Shown here piece after piece: positions 37,578-49,601 of a DNA stretch of 64,000 nucleotides (positions are counted from its first letter, which is position 1; each line of letters opens with the position of its first letter). Position numbers and translations under genes: made by a program. The notes below the pieces were generated by a model. The model was given only the letters and a program-made list of their open reading frames with translations, did no database searches and was not told the origin of the DNA. Origin of the DNA: Ministeria vibrans ATCC 50519 (taxonomy: Eukaryota; Protista; Filasterea); the NCBI GenBank assembly GCA_943704425.1, contig CALSCP010000335.1, positions 50,772 to 114,771 of the forward strand. The letters are read 5' to 3'.

Positions 37578-40012
37578 TTACACGCTGATGGAGCCCTCGC
37601 GGAAGTTGGTCTTGCCAATGAGAGCGTTCACCATGACGGGACGGCCACTGCCGTTGCGTGAAAACTCCACGGCCTCGCGCAGCACCTCATCAACATTGTC
37701 AACGTTGTCGACGACAAAGCCCTTGCCGCCATAGCCGTCCGCGACAACGTGGTAGTCAGAGTAGTCAAGCATGCACGCTGTATCAAGTCAGATTGGGAGA
37801 TCAGCAAACAAGAACAAACAAAACACAAAACGAAATTACTGACCGACGTCACTGTTGAAACGGGGAATCTGCTCACGGGCAATCTGGGTCCAGCAGGCGT
37901 CGTTGCCCACGAGCGAGAGCACGGGCAGCTTAAAGCGAGTGTAGGTGTCGTACTCGGCAACGGAGTAGCCGCACGAGCCGTCGCCCCACAGGATCCACAC
38001 GTCGGCGTCGGGGCGCACAAGCTTGGCGCCCAGGGCAAAACCACCGCCGACACCAAGAGTGCCAAAGGCACCCGGGTCGAGCCAGCAGAGAGGCCCGCGT
38101 GGACGCACAATGTACGCAGCACTGCCCACAAAGTCACCACCGTCCGCCACGAGAATGCTGTTGTCGCTGAGCGTCGCTTCAAAGCGCGTCAGCAGCGCCA
38201 GAGGGTTCATGTGCTTGCCCGCCGGCTCGAGCGTCTTCTTGGCGTTTGCCTGGATCTTCTTGGCGTCACGTTCGCGCAGTGTCGTCAGCCATTCGCTGCT
38301 CACGGCAAAGCCCGTGTCTTTGAGGCGAGACGCGAGCTCGGCGACAAAGCTGCCGGGGTCGCCCTGAATGGCGAGCTCGGGGCTCCAGAAGAGATCCGTG
38401 TTCTTCTTGAGCGGAATCGGATCGCGGTTGATGGCAATGATGCGGGACTTGCGGCTGAGCGAACGGCCATAGTCGAGACGGAAGTCGGGCACTGCACCGC
38501 AAAGAATGACCACGTCGGCCTCCTTGAGCGCATCGCGGCGCTGCTGCGTGCACTGGATGGGCGAGCCACGGCCCAGCAGCCCACGTGTCATGCCGCCCAG
38601 GTAGCAAGGAATCCCCATCTGCTCAACACTCTCGCGAAGTTTGTCGGCGGGCGTTGGTGGCAGCGTCGCCTGACTACCCAGCAGCAGCAGTGGCCTCTTG
38701 GCCCCGCGCACCAGTGCCACTGCACGGTCCATCTGCGAGGGCGTCGCCAGCGGGATGTCCACGCGCAGTGGCGAGCAGTCCTGCGGGTCGTGTGCTCCCG
38801 CAAACATCTTGTCGACATAGTGTGTCAGGTACCACTTGACCATTCGGTTCTTCAAAGATTTGCTCTCGCCCGTCCGACCAAACTCCTAAAAAGAACAAAA
38901 CAAACTATCAATGATTCCCTCCGTCTCTCTCACTTGTTTTAATTCTTTTTCTTTTTTTTTTCCATCTTCGTACCTGCATGACTGTCTTGTACGGGAAGAG
39001 TGTGTCAATGGGCATCTCAACAAAGACAGGACCGGGAATGCCCGACTGCGCCTGGCGGAAGGCCTCGCGCAGCACAGGGACAATGTCGCGCACACGTGAA
39101 ATACTCGCCGTGTACTTGCACAACGGCTTGAACAGAACCATCTGGTCAATGTCCTGCAATGCCCCACGACCCTTAAGCAACGTTCCAGCCGCTCCACCAA
39201 TGAGCAGCACAGGTGACTCGGCCATTTGCGCATTCTTAATGGCCGTAATCGTGTTGGTCAGACCCGGTCCGGCCGTCACCGCCGCAACACCCACGGTACC
39301 CGACAAACGCGCAACCGCGTCTGCAGCAAACACCGAAGTAACCTTGACTCAAAAAAAAACCCCCCCCCAAAATAATAACAATAACAATAATAATACAAAC
39401 GTATGAGTCGTGTGTTGTCAATGCGCAATAGCAAATGGGATGTTGAGTACCTCATGACGCACGTCAATGACTTGGATTCCCAGCTTCTTGGACGAGACCA
39501 GCAGAGGAGAAATGTGGCCGCCGACAAGGGTGAAGACAAACTTGACTCCGTGCTGCGCACAGAGAGACGAGAGACAAAAGTTGGAGATGGCCAAACAACA
39601 AAAAAAAAAAAGGCACGATATTTTGAGGGAAAAGCACAAAGACAGTGGGGAAACACTGGAGTGGCGAGCGCATGATGATAAAGTGTGTACAACTTTCGGA
39701 TAGCAACTCAAGCAAGAGTGGAAAGGGCAAGCGGGAGAGACAGAAGGAGGGAAAACAAGATTATTTTGTCATCCATTCACTTAGAGAGAGAGACATTAAG
39801 AAGAAGAGAGGTGTGTCGCGCCGTCGTACCTCGTGAAAGACCTTGGCCACCAGGTCTCCTCCGTGCAAGTCAGTGTCCTTGAGGACTGTTCCGTCAACGC
39901 GCAGAAAGTTGATCAGTTTGACTACGGCCGAGGCGGACACCAGCGCCGCCGCACCAACGCAGATGGCAATGATGGGGTTCTCTGCCGCCAGATCTCCAAG
40001 GGGTCCGAACAT
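37578..40012 (-). CDS. ILVBL: Acetolactate synthase-like / 2-hydroxyacyl-CoA lyase 2 (TPP enzyme with N-terminal membrane anchor)
   Basis: N-terminal TM; HGGDLVA; [10 protein letters not shown]; DVRHE; VTAGPGLTN; [10 protein letters not shown]; DFRLDYGR; [21 protein letters not shown]; [17 protein letters not shown]; FREGSISV. Confidence 0.93.
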
Positions 40013-40390
40013 GATGAGATTCCACAAATAAAAGAGGATGCGAAAAAGTGCTCTTAATTGTTTATTGACTATTGCTTACACTGTGTGTTTATTCGAACAT
40101 TCAACTACTTTTCTGTGTCAATTCTTTTTCAACCATAAGGAGAGAAGAAATAATGCAAAAGAGCAATGTTTCCTCCATAGGCCTATTAGGCTAACCCCAG
40201 GCTACCGCCTCCCCCCAATAAATGAATAAAAAGTATAAAAGATGAAAGATGGAGCGCCCACAGTCCACACACCCAATAAAACAATAATAATAATTATTAT
40301 TTCTAACTTTTGATTAATATAATTGTCATGACACTGTACAATATCCTCTTGCTCTCACCCTCTCCCCTCTTCATACGCTTTTCTTTTTCT

Positions 40391-42009
40391 CTAGAGGCGA
40401 AATACAAGACAAACGTGATCTTCGCCAGCAGTGACAATGGCTTGTCCATCGGGTGTGATGACAAACGCATTGACAGCGTCAGAGTGTCCGTGCAACTGCT
40501 GCTCTTCCACTCCCGTTCGCCCATCCCACACGTGCACTGTGCCGCCAAGAGTGGCCGTAATCAAGCGAGGCTCTCTATAGAAGAAAAAGAAAAAAAAAGA
40601 GAAGAAAAAAAAAACACCACAAATCAGACAGGTGTAAGCAATTGAGTTATTTTTACGAGGGGTGCCAGTGCGCATGAGCGACTCCGACGCTCTTATGGTC
40701 GCACTCGTGCCGCACACGCATATTGGCGGTGTCGTATATGCGAGCCTACACACGCACCCACATATACATACACACATAATATATTAGTCAGGATTTTAAC
40801 AATCCGCCACATCATACCGTTCCATCAAGAGACGACGTCGCCATGTAGGGAAAGGCAGGGCTAAAGGCAATGGCCTCGACCGACAGCACATGGTCTTCGA
40901 CACGGAACGGCAAAAGCTTGCCCGTAGTGCCATGCATACCCCGCACCGACCCTTCATCGCCCCCCGACACAATGATACTCCCGTCCGGATTGGCCGTTGC
41001 CCGCACAATTGCTCGCTCGTGAAACCGCCCGTCTGCGCTCTGACTCATCTTTGCAATCGGCTCTCCGCTTTTCGGGTCCCACACGGTGATCATCGCATCT
41101 TCGCCCACCGTAAACACGCTCTTGCCGCCCGACAGAAATCCGCCCGCCGAAAGTCGTGCACTATAGCATTAATAAAGCCCAAACACAACAATTAAGTCAT
41201 GGTAATTCTAGTTCACGAGTGTTTTGTATTTCTTACCTGTGTCCCGCAAAGACACGCATGACGGTCGCCGACGGAGCAAGCCACATCCACGCAACACCAT
41301 CAGCACCACCGGCAAGCAACACGTGGCCACGTGGGTGCCAGGTACACCATTGGATCTCGTCCGCTCCCTCACACGTACTCGCCAACGCACTTCCATCCGA
41401 ACCATCCACCAGCGTCGATGCTCCACTCAGTATCGCCGACATATCCCACACACGCACCAGGCCGTCCATACCGCCCGTCGCCAAGTACTTTCCATCGTTG
41501 CTAAAGTCCACAGTGACCACCGAGTCGGTGTGGGCGGGCGGCGCAATGCACGCAATCGTCTCGCCAGTCTCCATGTCCCACACAAAGGCCCGGTCGTCGC
41601 CGCCACCAGACGCGACAATGTTCGGTCGCGTCGAGAGGCACGTCACGCAGAAAACAGAGTCGGTATGGCCTGAAAAGGTCACAGCAGAGTCCGACTAAAA
41701 ATGTCGTGTGTAAGAAAAAAAAAACAAAACGCCGCCTTGCACACGTTGCGCAATGTCACTCACCTCAAATTCGACTTGGGGGGCATCCCCACTCTCGCCC
41801 GCGTCGCCGGTGCCGGTGCTTTCGGCGTCGTCAACCTCCCCGTACTGTTCTGCACGCGTTGCGTCGTCGTCGTCGTCGTCCTCCTCCTCCTCCTCCTCGT
41901 TGTCGTTGCCGCCGCCAAGCCGAGCAGCAAAACTGTCGTCGTCGTCCTCCACCACCGTGACAATATCTTCTGGGTTGATAAACGTGCCTTCTTCGTCGCT
42001 GTCGTCCAT
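40391..42009 (-). CDS. AAMP: WD40-repeat protein, AAMP/Sqt1-like (60S assembly chaperone)
   Basis: Acidic N-terminus; HTDSVFCV..ASGGGDDRAFVW; FSNDGKYLATGGMDG; WHPRGHVLLAG; SVEAIAFS; VWDGRTG..LHGH. Confidence 0.82.
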
Positions 42010-42183
42010 GATGAGTGAGTGAGCAAGAGAAAAAAATCTGGAACGTGAGTGAGTTTACTCGAGTCAGTCAGTCAGTCTGCTCACTCTCCCGCGATCTCTC
42101 TTTCACTATTTTTTTTATACTCTCTGTTCCAATCATATCAATACCACTCCAAGCACCACCCCTCAAGATTGAGGCATCCGCAA

Positions 42184-42336
42184 ATGCAGGGTCGTTTTGT
42201 TGTTCAAGTGATTGTCACTCTGGTAGTTCTTACCTTTGTCTCGCTCGACTTGGCCGCGTCATGGAACACCTACATTTCAATGCGCGATGAAGTGAACCAG
42301 AGCAGGCGTGACATTGCAATGCTGCAGACCATTTCA
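42184..42336 (+). CDS. First exon of a signal-anchor/type II membrane protein (remainder not present)
   Basis: MQGRFVVQVIVTLVVLTFVSLDLAASWNTYISMRDEVNQSRRDIAMLQTIS followed by a GTCAGA donor. Confidence 0.5.
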
Positions 42337-42385
42337 GTCAGATGATAAAACTCTTTTCCGCTCACGACTGAAACATAAAAATCAT

Positions 42386-42480
<95 letters not shown>

Positions 42481-42494
42481 ACGTGCGTTTTCAG

Positions 42495-42628
42495 CTGTGA
42501 CAATTGTAGCCATCCTTCGCCCAACGAAACGCTTCATCGTGACGCAACCAAAAAGTTCACCATCAAACACCTTCCAGAGGTACAGAACACACATATACAC
42601 ACGCGCACACACACGCACATACATGCAC

Positions 42629-42660
<32 letters not shown>

Positions 42661-43376
42661 CACAAAGACATACACACACACAATGTTTCACTGTTTATGC
42701 CATTGTTATTCACTGTACGACTGATTTGTGCGCACAGGCTATCATTTTGCATGTGAAGCGGTTCCATTGGAAGGGAGTCAATCGCACCAAAATCGCCACT
42801 TTTGTCGACTTTCCTCTTGAATTCGACTTCTCGTAAGCCCACATGCACACTCATACACATATATTCTTTTTCGTGAACAAGTTAATAATATAGTGCGTTT
42901 ACAAATGGGAAGGAGACTCAGCAGTACGATTTGACGGGGGTGGTGGTGCACCATGGCAAGGGCCTTGCTGCTGGTCACTACACCAGCTTCTGTCGCCACT
43001 ACGACACTGGTACATAACATAATATATTTTACTCGCCTTAAGCACACACACCACATATATATTATATATACGCACACCACAAATGCACACACACACACAC
43101 ACACACATGTACATACATGCACGCTACACCCACACACACATACAACGATCATTATTGTATTTATTTGTCGCACTTTCTAATTTTGGTTTCATATGTATAG
43201 GGAACTGGATCCATCACAATGACGCGCGTGTGGAGAGTGTGAGTGTCGAGCGTGTTCTTCTCGCTCAAGCGTACATTCTTGTCTACTCTCGTCGTCCCAT
43301 GCTTCTCTTGGACCTCCAGCCTATGCGCACCTCCCTCAAAAGACCCAAAGGAGCGCTCAACATTGCGACTCTTTAA
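42495..43376 (+). CDS. Ubiquitin-specific protease (C19), C-terminal part only; Cys box absent
   Basis: [16 protein letters not shown]|[21 protein letters not shown]; [22 protein letters not shown]; WIHHNDARV; AQAYILVY (His box). Confidence 0.88.
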
Positions 43377-43557
43377 TTTGCGTTAAAGCGGCAATTGTTC
43401 TGTTCTGTGGGTGTGTATCATAAATAAAATATTAATGCGTTGTATAAAACACGAACAAGAAAATAATTTTAATGGAGAATAGAGAGCTGTACTCAAACAA
43501 GACAATCGTAATAAAAATAATTTAAATAACAGTCTTTTTCTTTTAATACAATACTAA

Positions 43558-44322
43558 TTACATTGTTCTTTCGCATATTACATACCAATTGTCGCGTTCA
43601 AAGCCAGTCTGGACCACTTTCAGTTGGGCGACACTCCCCACAAGTTCTTCCAGCTCTCCCTTGCGAAACAAATGATAAAATCGTTGGTAGACCGTCTCCT
43701 CAGGTGGTGTGGGGTCAGTCTGATTTGCAGCTGTCGGCTCGCCACTTGAAGGCGTCGTCTTGCTGGCGGCTGCGGAAGACGAAGACTTGTCAAAGCGACG
43801 TTGCAAGTGCCAGGGGACGAGGACGTCGCCGTTGCCGTCGTGTGCGTCGACGAAGCGGCGTTGTTCGAGCGCCCACACGTAGATGAGAAGGAGTCCCCCG
43901 ACGCGTACAAGTCGTGCCATCTCTTCAACGGCGCGCGCACGTCTCTGTGGAGTCATAAGGTGGTGAATGACGGCGACGGAGATGGCCGCGTCAAAGGCAG
44001 CGGAGCGCAGTGGCACCGAAAGACAATCGGCAACGACGCAATCGTTGCGCCGCTCTGTATTCGCGCGACACTCCGCCGCAAGGCCGATGCTGCGGTCAAG
44101 GCCGACAAAGGCGAGCCCGCTGCTGGATCGCATGTACTTGCCGTTGCCGCAGCCCACATCGGCGACGAGGGAGTACGGCGGGAGGCCGTCCAAGAACGTC
44201 TGGACGGCGGGCCACGGCGAGTGGCGCGTGTGGCTGAAGTGCGACGCAATCTTGTCGTACACCGCATGTACGTATTGGGCCTCGAGCTCGTCTGCCTCAA
44301 CATCGCTTTTCGGTTCGTTCAT
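43558..44322 (-). CDS. tRNA wobble-uridine methyltransferase, TRM9/ALKBH8/TRMT9B-like, intronless
   Basis: LEAQYVHAVYDKIASHFSHTRHSPWP, DVGCGNGKY, ISVAVIHH, IYVWALEQ, DVLVPW, YQRFYHLFRKGELE, DNW. Confidence 0.9.
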   Translation of the reverse strand: MNEPKSDVEADELEAQYVHAVYDKIASHFSHTRHSPWPAVQTFLDGLPPYSLVADVGCGNGKYMRSSSGLAFVGLDRSIGLAAECRANTERRNDCVVADCLSVPLRSAAFDAAISVAVIHHLMTPQRRARAVEEMARLVRVGGLLLIYVWALEQRRFVDAHDGNGDVLVPWHLQRRFDKSSSSAAASKTTPSSGEPTAANQTDPTPPEETVYQRFYHLFRKGELEELVGSVAQLKVVQTGFERDNWYVICERTM

Positions 44323-44694
44323 TTCAATGAATAAAAAAAAAATTCTGAAACGTTTCCCGGTTTTAAATATTAGTCATGAAAATAGGTATAGTTCAACGAA
44401 GAGTAGTACAATGCTTCCACCATAGGCCACCCTCAAGAAGAAGAAGCAACCATAGACTCACAGATCCGCTTTTGCAGCAAAAGCATGAATAATTGGAAGA
44501 ATTCGGAGAGAGACTGGAGGCAGGGACACCGAGAGCACGTCCCTGCGAGACAAAGCTGTACTATAATCATAACAATACAATTATTATGGAGAAGACGTCT
44601 TGATTAAAAAAGACTAACACTTAATACTAGACTCCCGCTATAGCCTATAGGCTAACCAAAAATTCAAAGTTGAAGTGATTCCAAGTGCTTTGTA

Positions 44695-47600
44695 TTACAT
44701 GGTGGTCAATGATGGCAAGACGGCGGCAGTCGACGTGGATGCAGTGCGTTGCGTTGGCTGCTGAGGCGGCTGCTGTGGTGGTGGTGACTGTGCCTGCGCT
44801 TGGCGTTGAGTGCCGGAGTGTTCGCGTTCACTCGGCTCGATGGGTGATGGAGTGGGACCCAACGAGCGAATCTTGTGCTCGCTCTTGCTGAAGAGCGACG
44901 GAAGCACGCTGCCCGTCGAGAGAGTGGACGCCTGACGGGAAGCAGCGGTATTGTCATTGGCGACGTCGACGACAAGAAGCGCTGCTGACTCTTCGCGGGT
45001 AACACGTTTGGTGGGAACAGGCGCCACGAGTGTGGCCATTTGCGGCGGTGGTTGCGTCTGTTGTACAGGCGGTTGAGGAGGTAGAGTGCGCGTGGCGCTG
45101 GTCAGGGTGGCAGTGGTGGTCGTGGTGGTGGTAACCACAGGTCCGATAATGCCAGCGCTTGATGTGGTGACTTTGGTCTGTGAGAGCGACAGGGACGCAC
45201 TGGCCGCCTTGGCAGCGTCCTGCTGATCATGGGCGGCGACGGTAGCAGCGGCAGCAGCGGCAGCGGCGGTACGGGCCTGCGCAGCCACCTGAGCCTGCTG
45301 CTCCTTACGGCGCGCACGTCTTCTCTCGCGCGCAGCCTCCTCCTCATCATCCACCGCTGACTCCTGCTGCGGCTGTTGCTGCTGCTGCTGTGGCTGCTGT
45401 GGCTGCGGTGGCTGTGGTGGCTGCGCGGGCCCTTGATCATGAGCACTCGCCTCTGCCTTGCGCTTGATCGACCGTTGCTTGGGCATTGTTCCGGCCGGCT
45501 TATCGCCCACCGGTGGATGCGGCAGCACGCCCTCACCACCGCCGCCACCCCCAGTCGTAGTAGTCGTAGTAGTCGTGGATGTCGCCGTGGCCGTTCCTGC
45601 GCCCTCTCCTCCTTTCTTGTTGCTCACTGGCACTCCTCGTGGCTAATAGATGATCGTCCATGTCAATATCAATCAAGCCTAAATACCTCTTTAAGTTTTT
45701 ACCACTGGTTTCGTAATGTCAATTCCGCGTTTGTCCAGCGATCGCAGTTCCCGAAAGTACGGATGACGCAGCGCCTGTCGAGCAGATAATCTAAAGCACA
45801 TGGAATAAAACCCCAAAAATCAAAGGTCAAAAAAACTGGGCAAAAAGAGTTCAATAAACTGACCTCAAATCCGGATCATATTCCAACAATCCGCGGAGCA
45901 AATCAATGCAGTCTGCGCTCACGTGCTGTAGCTTTGCTGCAATCCCCACTCCACTTTTTTCGGGGAATTTGAACTTCATTTGTGGCGAATTTCTGAAAAA
46001 AAGAAACAAAAGTGAGCTTTGTCTTCATTGTTAATTCTTCTTGTTTACTTTCTGATCTTCTCAAAGACTTCTTTTGAAGGAGTTCCAATAATGTCGTGAA
46101 TTTTGGCAATCTGATCGAGTTCATTTGCGCCAGGAAAAAGCGGATAGAGCGAAAGAACCTAAAAACACAAGCACACGCGCACAGCAAACAGGTTTAAGTA
46201 TATTTTAATGTGAAAACTGCTTGCACAAAGTAATAAACAAAACGAAAGCGAGTCACCTCAAAAAGAACACAACCGACACTCCACATGTCCATTTTGTACG
46301 AGTAAAACCCGTCAGTAAGCAGACACTCGGGAGCGCGATACCATCGCGTGCTAATGTACTCAGTATAGGGCTGAGAGAAGACAGGAAAAAAAAAAAGAGA
46401 GGCGGAAATGAGACGTTTAAAATAACAAACAACTTTTCTTCTTTTTTGTTTACTTGGCGACTGTATACGCCTCTGCATGAGCCGAAATCGGCCAATTTGA
46501 TGATGTTGTCTTTAAGAAGCACATTTTCTGGTTTGATGTCGCGATGGAAAACACCATTTCTACTCGCCACAACACACAGGCGATTAGTTAGTAATTAATA
46601 AAATAATGGGTTGTATTCTTCTTCTTCTACTTATATTAATTTGTGTGTGTGTGTGTTGATTTATAGTAATAATTACCTATGCATGTGATCCAGTGCTTTG
46701 CAGAGCTGGTACGTGTACAGTTTGACGCGTGCTTCGCTTGGGTACTGTCGGCGACTGCGAATAAACTCGTAGATGTTCATGTCCAGCAGTTCCATCACAA
46801 GAGCCAGTTTGCCTTGTTTTTTTTCACTGAACAACAAAGCAAGCCAAAAAAAACATAACAGTCATTAATGCATCAATACAAATGAGAATAAAAGAATAAA
46901 AATAACGTCACAGTGTAATTTATATATTAGTAGAGTGATCATGAGAAGGACAAGAACGTTTAGAAGCATCAGCTTTTGGTATTCATGAGAATGATTGTGA
47001 AGTAAAGAGAACTGAAAAATTCAAATCATCACATTGAAGAGAGTATGTACAAACGTCTCGTAGTTGTACACACGGAATAATATGTCTTGCAAGGTATTTT
47101 TGATCAAAGAATTTGTGGACATGCGTTGCCAGGGGCGACCGGATAATCAAGAGGCAGAGCAAGGCGAATGGTGCATTGTGCACGGTATCAATTGTTCCAA
47201 TAGGACAATGCGGTCAACATGGGAGGTTGGTTGTTGACGGGGGAGCGTCAAGATGACGAGAGTAGTGAGGAGAATTTTTTTCTCAGACTTGGTATCTGTT
47301 CGTAAAACGACGGTAAAGAAAAGGATTCTTACTAGATAACCTCGTACAGCTTGACGATGTTGGTGTGAGGATTTAGTCTTTTGAGAGCCTGGATCTCTCT
47401 CAGGTTGTTGACTTGCTCCAGACTGACAGTGATGGAACGTAAAAGACAAAAGGCAAACGTCAGTGGACAATCGGGCCATTTCCCGTTGACAGCGAGTACC
47501 TTTTGAAGCGAGTCTTCATGATCTTAATGGCCCGCCAGGATCCATCCTACTCAGATGAAAGGTGGCGCGTGAGAAAAGCAAGCGTGCAGGGAGCAAGGCG

Positions 47601-47916
47601 ATCATTTTTCTTCTTCGCGCGCGTAGCAACCAGCCCGGCAACCAAGTCGCATTTTTCATTTTCTGTTTTTTTTTTCTATTTCTTTTGCAATCCCACTTAA
47701 TGCCCTCTTGATGTAGTACGATGGAAGACACACAGTCGTTAGAGGCATAAGCAGCCCCGACACGTACCTTGGTCGATTGGCATTTCAGCACTTCGGCAAA
47801 AGTGCCTTCGCCCTTTTTGCCTCGGACAACGTACTCTAAACGTCAAAGAGAGGAAGGAGGAATGACGAGACACATCCAGACGATGATACCCAAGCAAGGC
47901 AGTACTTACTGTCCAT
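44695..47916 (-). CDS. MOK: MOK/RAGE ciliary MAPK-like kinase with long low-complexity tail, multi-exon
   Basis: [13 protein letters not shown]; [13 protein letters not shown]; ELLDMNIYE; FHRDIKPEN; [14 protein letters not shown]|[28 protein letters not shown]. Confidence 0.92.
46966..47033 (-). ncRNA. Candidate intronic box C/D snoRNA in a MOK intron
   Basis: Sense strand reads GTGATGA (box C) ... ATACCAAAAG-CTGA (box D), about 65 nt, inside an unusually long intron. Confidence 0.3.
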
Positions 47917-48064
47917 AGATGTGGTTACACAAAAAAGATTACAAAAATATTGGAATTTGTTATGTTATTCTAATTATCGAAATTTATCTTTCTGCTTTCC
48001 AATGCGCTCTCCACACACGTAATCCGGAATGTGTACAATACAAATAGATCTTGATTTCACATGT

Positions 48065-48829
48065 TTACTCAAATCGCCGCAAAACAACGGGCTCTTGTCG
48101 GTTGGGCACAGTCACTTGGCTTGTCTCAGAGGGAGTCCAGCCTTGTACGTAGTCCGGACCAAATTTGTAATCAATCGTGACAAGGCGACGTCCAGGAGCA
48201 GCTGAAAGCCATGCACGGAAGGTGTCGGAGAACTTGTCAAGCGCGGGGGGAAGGAGATACACAACAATGGCGGTGGCGCCAAGTGATTCGACGTCAACGG
48301 TGTACATGTCCTGTGCGACAAACGAAACGCGATCACTCAGTCCCAGTTCCTCCGCTTGATCTTCGGAGTGTTCAATCAAAAACGGATCCAACTCAACTCC
48401 AATGGCGCGCAGTTTCGCGTGTCTACATGTACAATGAGAGTGTGAGAGCTGACGACAATGACACGTTTCGTTGTATCTGAACCGTTTCAGTGCGGTAAAG
48501 ACCACACGCCCATCGCCAGAGCCCATATCAAGCAGCACATCATCATCACGGAGATTCGCAAGGGCCAAAGCGGCGTCCAGTGCCGCTACGCGCGTCGGGA
48601 GGTAGGGCGACGTGAATTGTGTGCCCTCCATCGGACGCGTATTCACTGCAGGCGGTACGGCGGTCAGTGAGCCCTTCCTCTCACCACACTGCCTTACCCA
48701 AGGTGTTTGGCACAGGGTTGTCCAGCTCGTCGATGTCTTGCGGCAGCTCCGCAGAGTCCTACAGAGTGGGTAAGACACGCTGAGTGGCGCAGAAGCGGCA
48801 CTTTCGTTGTACAGTGAAAGGAAGGCCAT
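48065..48829 (-). CDS. Class I SAM-dependent methyltransferase (FAM173/ANTKMT-like); 5' exons unresolved
   Basis: SPYLPT; LLDMGSGDGRVV; AIGVELDP; FVAQDM; ATAIVVYLLP; RLVTIDY. Confidence 0.75.
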   Translation of the reverse strand: MAFLSLYNESAASAPLSVSYPLCRTLRSCRKTSTSWTTLCQTPWVRQCGERKGSLTAVPPAVNTRPMEGTQFTSPYLPTRVAALDAALALANLRDDDVLLDMGSGDGRVVFTALKRFRYNETCHCRQLSHSHCTCRHAKLRAIGVELDPFLIEHSEDQAEELGLSDRVSFVAQDMYTVDVESLGATAIVVYLLPPALDKFSDTFRAWLSAAPGRRLVTIDYKFGPDYVQGWTPSETSQVTVPNRQEPVVLRRFE

Positions 48830-49269
48830 CCATTAGAAAAATCGACAAGGCCCCTGAGCTCCACACGCACACACACACACAAAGGCAACGGTGAGAAGGA
48901 CCAGGATCAAACGACGAATCTGAAAAGTAATTTTGTGAATACTGAATAGTGATCACAAACGAAAAGACTGAAACCTCATCAACCACTTTGAGCTACAAAA
49001 GCATCGAGAGGGAGCATCGAGTCAAAGACGAGCTACTGAATACTGATGGCCAGACAGGTAACACGCGACGCACCAGATCGGAATTCAGGAAACGCAACGA
49101 GTTAACTCTTCTCCTCCGTTAACTTCATAACACTGCACACACATAATTTTTTACCCTCATCCTTTCCCATTCATCGCGAATCACTAATTAATCATCTCTC
49201 CCATCGACACACACACGCGGGACGCCCTCATTTCAAGCGCAAAAGCCTTCTCTTGTGTTTTTTGTGCCG

Positions 49270-49548
49270 ATGCTTCGCATTTTCATCGCGTTAGCTCTCC
49301 TTTCTGGCGCAGTCCACGCCGCCGTCACCATGGAGGGGGTTATGCCGAGCATGGGCTCGTTCCGGATGTGCACGCGTCGCAACGACTCGCTCTTTGTGAC
49401 GGATGCAGCGGGTGAGGCGCAGACAGAGCTGTCGCGCGCCACTGGACTGCGTCTCGCCGCCTTCCGCAACTACGCGCTCACCGACAATCGTGGCCGCGTG
49501 TCGACAGGTTCCTGTCGATCCAATGTCACTGTCGGAGGCCTTTGGCAG
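49270..49548 (+). CDS. First exon of an unidentified secreted protein (remainder not present)
   Basis: Signal peptide MLRIFIALALLSGAVHA, 93 codons, CAG|GTACTG donor. Confidence 0.6.
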
Positions 49549-49560
49549 GTACTGTGGCTC

Positions 49561-49598
<38 letters not shown>

Positions 49599-49601
49599 TA
49601 G

